A DNA stretch of 35,174 bases from positions 1 through 35,174 of the forward strand of contig NW_021834789.1 of NCBI RefSeq assembly GCF_006345805.1, written 5' to 3'. The notes under the pieces are model-generated. The model was not told the DNA's origin. It saw only the letters and a program-made list of their open reading frames with translations, and searched no databases. The position numbers and the translations under genes were made by a program. How positions within the stretch are numbered: position 1 is the stretch's first letter; each line of letters starts with the position of its first letter. Shown in pieces: positions 31,757-35,174 of this stretch. The DNA comes from Octopus sinensis (taxonomy: Eukaryota).

Positions 31757-32140
31757 TTTTTCAGTCATTTGACTGCGGCCATGCTGGAGCACCAGCTTTA
31801 GTCGAGCAAATCGACCCCGGGACTTATTCTTTGTAAGCCCAGTACTTATTCTATCGGTCTCTTTTGCCGAACGCTAAGTGACGGGGAATAAACACACCAG
31901 CATCGGTTGTCAAGCAATGGTGGAGTGACAACACAGACACACACACACACATACACATACATATATATTATGTACATGTATACGACGGGCTTCTTTCAGT
32001 TTCCATCTACACCAATCCACTCAAAGGCTTTGGTCGGCCCGGGGCTATAGCAGAAGACACTTGCCCAAGATGCCACGCAGTGGGACTGAACCCAGAACCA
32101 TGTGTTTGGTTAGCAAGCCACACTGCCACTCCAGCGACTA
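31757..32140 (-). mobile_element. Near-complete SINE family A with internal (CA)/(TA) tract
   Basis: Tail ttcagtcatttgactgcggccatgctggagcacc...; head gacacttgcccaagatgccacgcagtgggactgaaccc. Confidence 0.88.
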
Positions 32141-32230
32141 TGTTTATATATTTATTGCCTAAACTGGCAAAATGACCATTCCGAATTATAACCATATATA
32201 TATATATATGTATGTATACATATATGGTTG

Positions 32231-32282
<52 letters not shown>

Positions 32283-32309
32283 GTATCTATATATATTGTA
32301 TACTCTTTT

Positions 32310-32720
32310 ACATGTTTCAGTCATTTGACTGTGGCCATGCTGGAGCACCGACTTTTGTCCAGTAGATCGACCTGAGGACCTATTATTTGTAAACCTAGTA
32401 CTTATTCTATCGGTCTCCTATACCGAACCGCTAAGTTAAGGGGACGCAAACACACCAGCATCGGTTGTGAAACTATGTTGGGAGGAAAACACAGACACAG
32501 TAACATACACACACACACAACTACATACATACATACATAATATATATATATATATATATTCATATATACGACGGGCTTCCTTCTGTTTCCGTGTACAAAA
32601 TCCACTGACACAAGCTTTGGTCGGTCCGTAGGCTATGGTAGAAGACATTTGCCCATGGTGCCATGTAGTGGGATTGAACACGGAACCATGTGGTTTAAGC
32701 GAGCTACTTCCCATACAGAC
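32310..32720 (-). mobile_element. Second near-complete SINE family A
   Basis: Same tail and head as 31757-32140. Confidence 0.88.
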
Positions 32721-33011
32721 ACTCCTGTTTATTAACCTGACAACAAGTTGAAGGTGAGCTCTGACTGGTTGTATGCAAATTAGTTCATTAATGGGATCCG
32801 GAACACTCGAGGGAGAAAAAAAATTTCGTGGCTGGGTCAAATGAGACGATGCGACCAACATGGGTATGGGTGGACTGTGCTCACACACGCACAAACACCC
32901 ACACATATAGATACATGCAAAAACGCACACTCGTAGCTATTTATGCTTTAAAAATGTTGACCTTAAAACCGTGACATTCTGAAGAAATTGTATGAGTGTG
33001 TGGGTCAGCCA

Positions 33012-33043
<32 letters not shown>

Positions 33044-33274
33044 TTTCATTTCTGTTTCGCTGAATTTGTGAAAGCGGGACGGAGAAGTTGTTGACATCGA
33101 TAACAATTTTCGTATATTGCTTCTTCTTTTTTTAATTGTTTCAGTCATTAAATTGCGGCCATGCTGGGTTACCGCCTTGCAGGATTTTTAGTCGAACCAA
33201 TTGACCTCATTAAAGTACATTTTTCAGCCTGGTAAGTATCCGCTCAGTTTATATATATAATATATATATATATA

Positions 33275-33505
33275 TCAGTAACAATAAAGGGTGAAATTAA
33301 TTAATTTGGAATAATTATTAATTACACCAAGTAGATTTCGGGCATGTAAAAGCCTCATTCGAGGAAATTTAAGTAATACTAAGCAATTAAGGGTTTAGCA
33401 ACTGAGATCCCCCTTTAGTAGAAAAATAGCTATAACTCTTTGACTGCTATTCTAAATTCGGTGTGTGGTGAGGCAATTCGTTGCTAAACCCTTAATTGCT
33501 TAGTA

Positions 33506-33506
<1 letters not shown>
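33275..33506. repeat. Small (TA)n-flanked insertion with a perfect 27-bp inverted repeat
   Basis: 33376-33402 atactaagcaattaagggtttagcaac is the reverse complement of 33480-33506. Confidence 0.85.
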
Positions 33507-33557
<51 letters not shown>

Positions 33558-33701
33558 CATATTATACAGTCCTTAAATCGTAGTCTTCGTTTCTGCTGGG
33601 GCTCTTTCCATAAAGAAGTTTAGCATATAGCATCTGTTTAGGGATCCTCTGATCATTAATCTAAAGAAAATGTCCAGTCCATCATTATTCTCTGTGCTTT
33701 T

Positions 33702-33998
33702 ATCATCATCATCGTCGTTTAACGTCCGTTCTCCATGCTAGCATGGGTTGGACAGTTCGACCGGGGATCTGGGAAGCCAGAAGGCTGCCCCAGGCTCCAG
33801 TCTTATCTGGCAGTGTTTCTACAGCGGGATGCCCTTCCTAACGCCAACCACTCCGTGAGTGTAGTGGGTGCTTTTTACGTGCCACCTGCACAGGTGCCAG
33901 GCGAGGCTGGCAACGGCCACAGTCGGATTGGTGCATTTTATGTGCCACCGGCACGGAAGCCAGACGAGGCGGTACTGGCATCGGCTACGAGTCGGATG
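33702..33998 (-). mobile_element. RTE-clade LINE 3' UTR fragment with (GAT)n tail
   Basis: Nearly the same sequence as 24253-24545. Confidence 0.87.
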
Positions 33999-34439
33999 AC
34001 AAATTCAACCTCTCTTCTCTAGGCAACAAATTTTCCTTTTGATGCTTTTAAAATATGAAAATTACTTTGACAGTCATTGACCAGAACAAGATGAAGATCT
34101 CAGTCAGTAAAGGAATTTGTCTGGGGTCATCAAAGTTTGAAGTTACTCTTTTTAGTTTTATAAAGTCACTAAAAGTCTTACATTTTCTCAATTTAAAGAA
34201 AACTAACACTTTTATAAATGAGTTTATTGCTACGCATTAAATGTTAAACTAAATTTGCTCCAGCTGGTCTATATAAACAGTAACCTATAGCTTTGAACAG
34301 CCTTATTATTTTGTTGTGTATTTACATGGCATATAATGTGTGAATAGAATTTCTCCCCCAGTTATCCAAGCAAAAAATCAGAAACTTATGTTATCAATTT
34401 ATTTAGAAGAATTTTGTACAAAGTTTGATACAAAATAAT

Positions 34440-34510
34440 TTTGTTGTGTCTGGGGAGAGTCATTCTCTTTTAGTGCCTTATTATTTAACACACTCACCGG
34501 TAAAATTTCG
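34440..34510. repeat. Family P fragment
   Basis: ctggggagagtcattctcttttagtgccttattatttaacacactcaccggtaaaattt. Confidence 0.7.
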
Positions 34511-35174
34511 TTTTGCTTTAATAGTAATTATCAATTTCTGAATAAAGTTCCTTTTTATCTAATTTAAATATCTTGATTATTTAATTTGAAAACAATCAGG
34601 TTTGTTCACTTCTATCACAAAAGAATCCAATAAAAAGTGGAAAATACTTATGAATCTTCCTTTCCAATTCCACAAAAGTCTGCTCGGTAGAGCTTCCTGT
34701 CACATCTTATAATGTACATAAAGGTCTCATGTGTTTTACTTATTTAATCTTGGTCTCTGCTGTAAGAACTTGAAATCTAATTTCAAATTAAAATAACAGT
34801 GGAGTAATATGAAGGTAAATATTGTAGGGAAGAATTGTACTCTTCCTTTATCTGAAGTTACTTAAGAAGAGGGAGACACTGTGTGCTTTTCCACAATCAC
34901 ATGCATTAAAACAACAAATGTTTGTCAGGATTTTTCAGCACAGCTATTGTTTATTATAATTTTTTTGATTTATTTTCATATGTATAATAGTGAAGTTTTA
35001 TTTTACTGACGGAAATTGCAGTCATTAGTAATAACGAAGGTCATAAAGTAAGAATATAAAATTAGAATATTGTATATTGCACTCAAAACCCACTGAATTT
35101 TTATTCAACCACCACCACTTGGAGAAGCCTGTCTTAAACCACAACAGGACAAAGTGAGATATATCCCTAGATAC

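Noticed and set aside
33320-33365. Minus-strand cgaatga-ggc...gcc-cgaaa, hammerhead-like
   Set aside because: The core deviates at two invariant positions, and I could not form stems I and III with an NUH site.
34600-34715. Minus-strand frame DVTGSSTEQTFVELERKIH after an AG
   Set aside because: Weak splice signals, no partner exon and no recognisable homology.

Overview
Eukaryotic, AT-rich, repeat-dominated DNA. The SINE families and dense (TA)n/(TAA)n/(ATGT)n/(ATCT)n microsatellites look like an octopus-type cephalopod genome; this is inferred from recalled repeat sequences, not from a search. There is no intact long gene, rRNA, tRNA or CRISPR array. The window holds decayed transposon relics: several RTE-clade LINE 3' ends, a FLYWCH/MULE transposase, a Penelope-like RT/GIY-YIG element, two R4/Dong-clade LINE 3' ends inside a (TAA)n tract, a zinc-knuckle LINE ORF1, a Helitron helicase tail and many SINEs. 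It also has three phase-compatible candidate exons of an unidentified + strand gene (2079-3803). The most notable feature is 24641-26880, a very young array of ~488-bp non-coding units. Each unit carries a complete type I hammerhead ribozyme fold (8-bp stem I, CUGAGGA/GAAA core, long stem II, GUC cleavage site), so the array looks like a retrozyme. It is arranged as a head-to-head fold-back whose inversion point lies 2 nt from the predicted self-cleavage site, and it is flanked by a 12-15 nt direct repeat. A diverged copy at 1701-1997 keeps the fold through compensatory substitutions. Two further unrelated hammerhead folds lie at 23988-24075 and 2241-2299. All folds and translations were done by eye and need computational and experimental confirmation.
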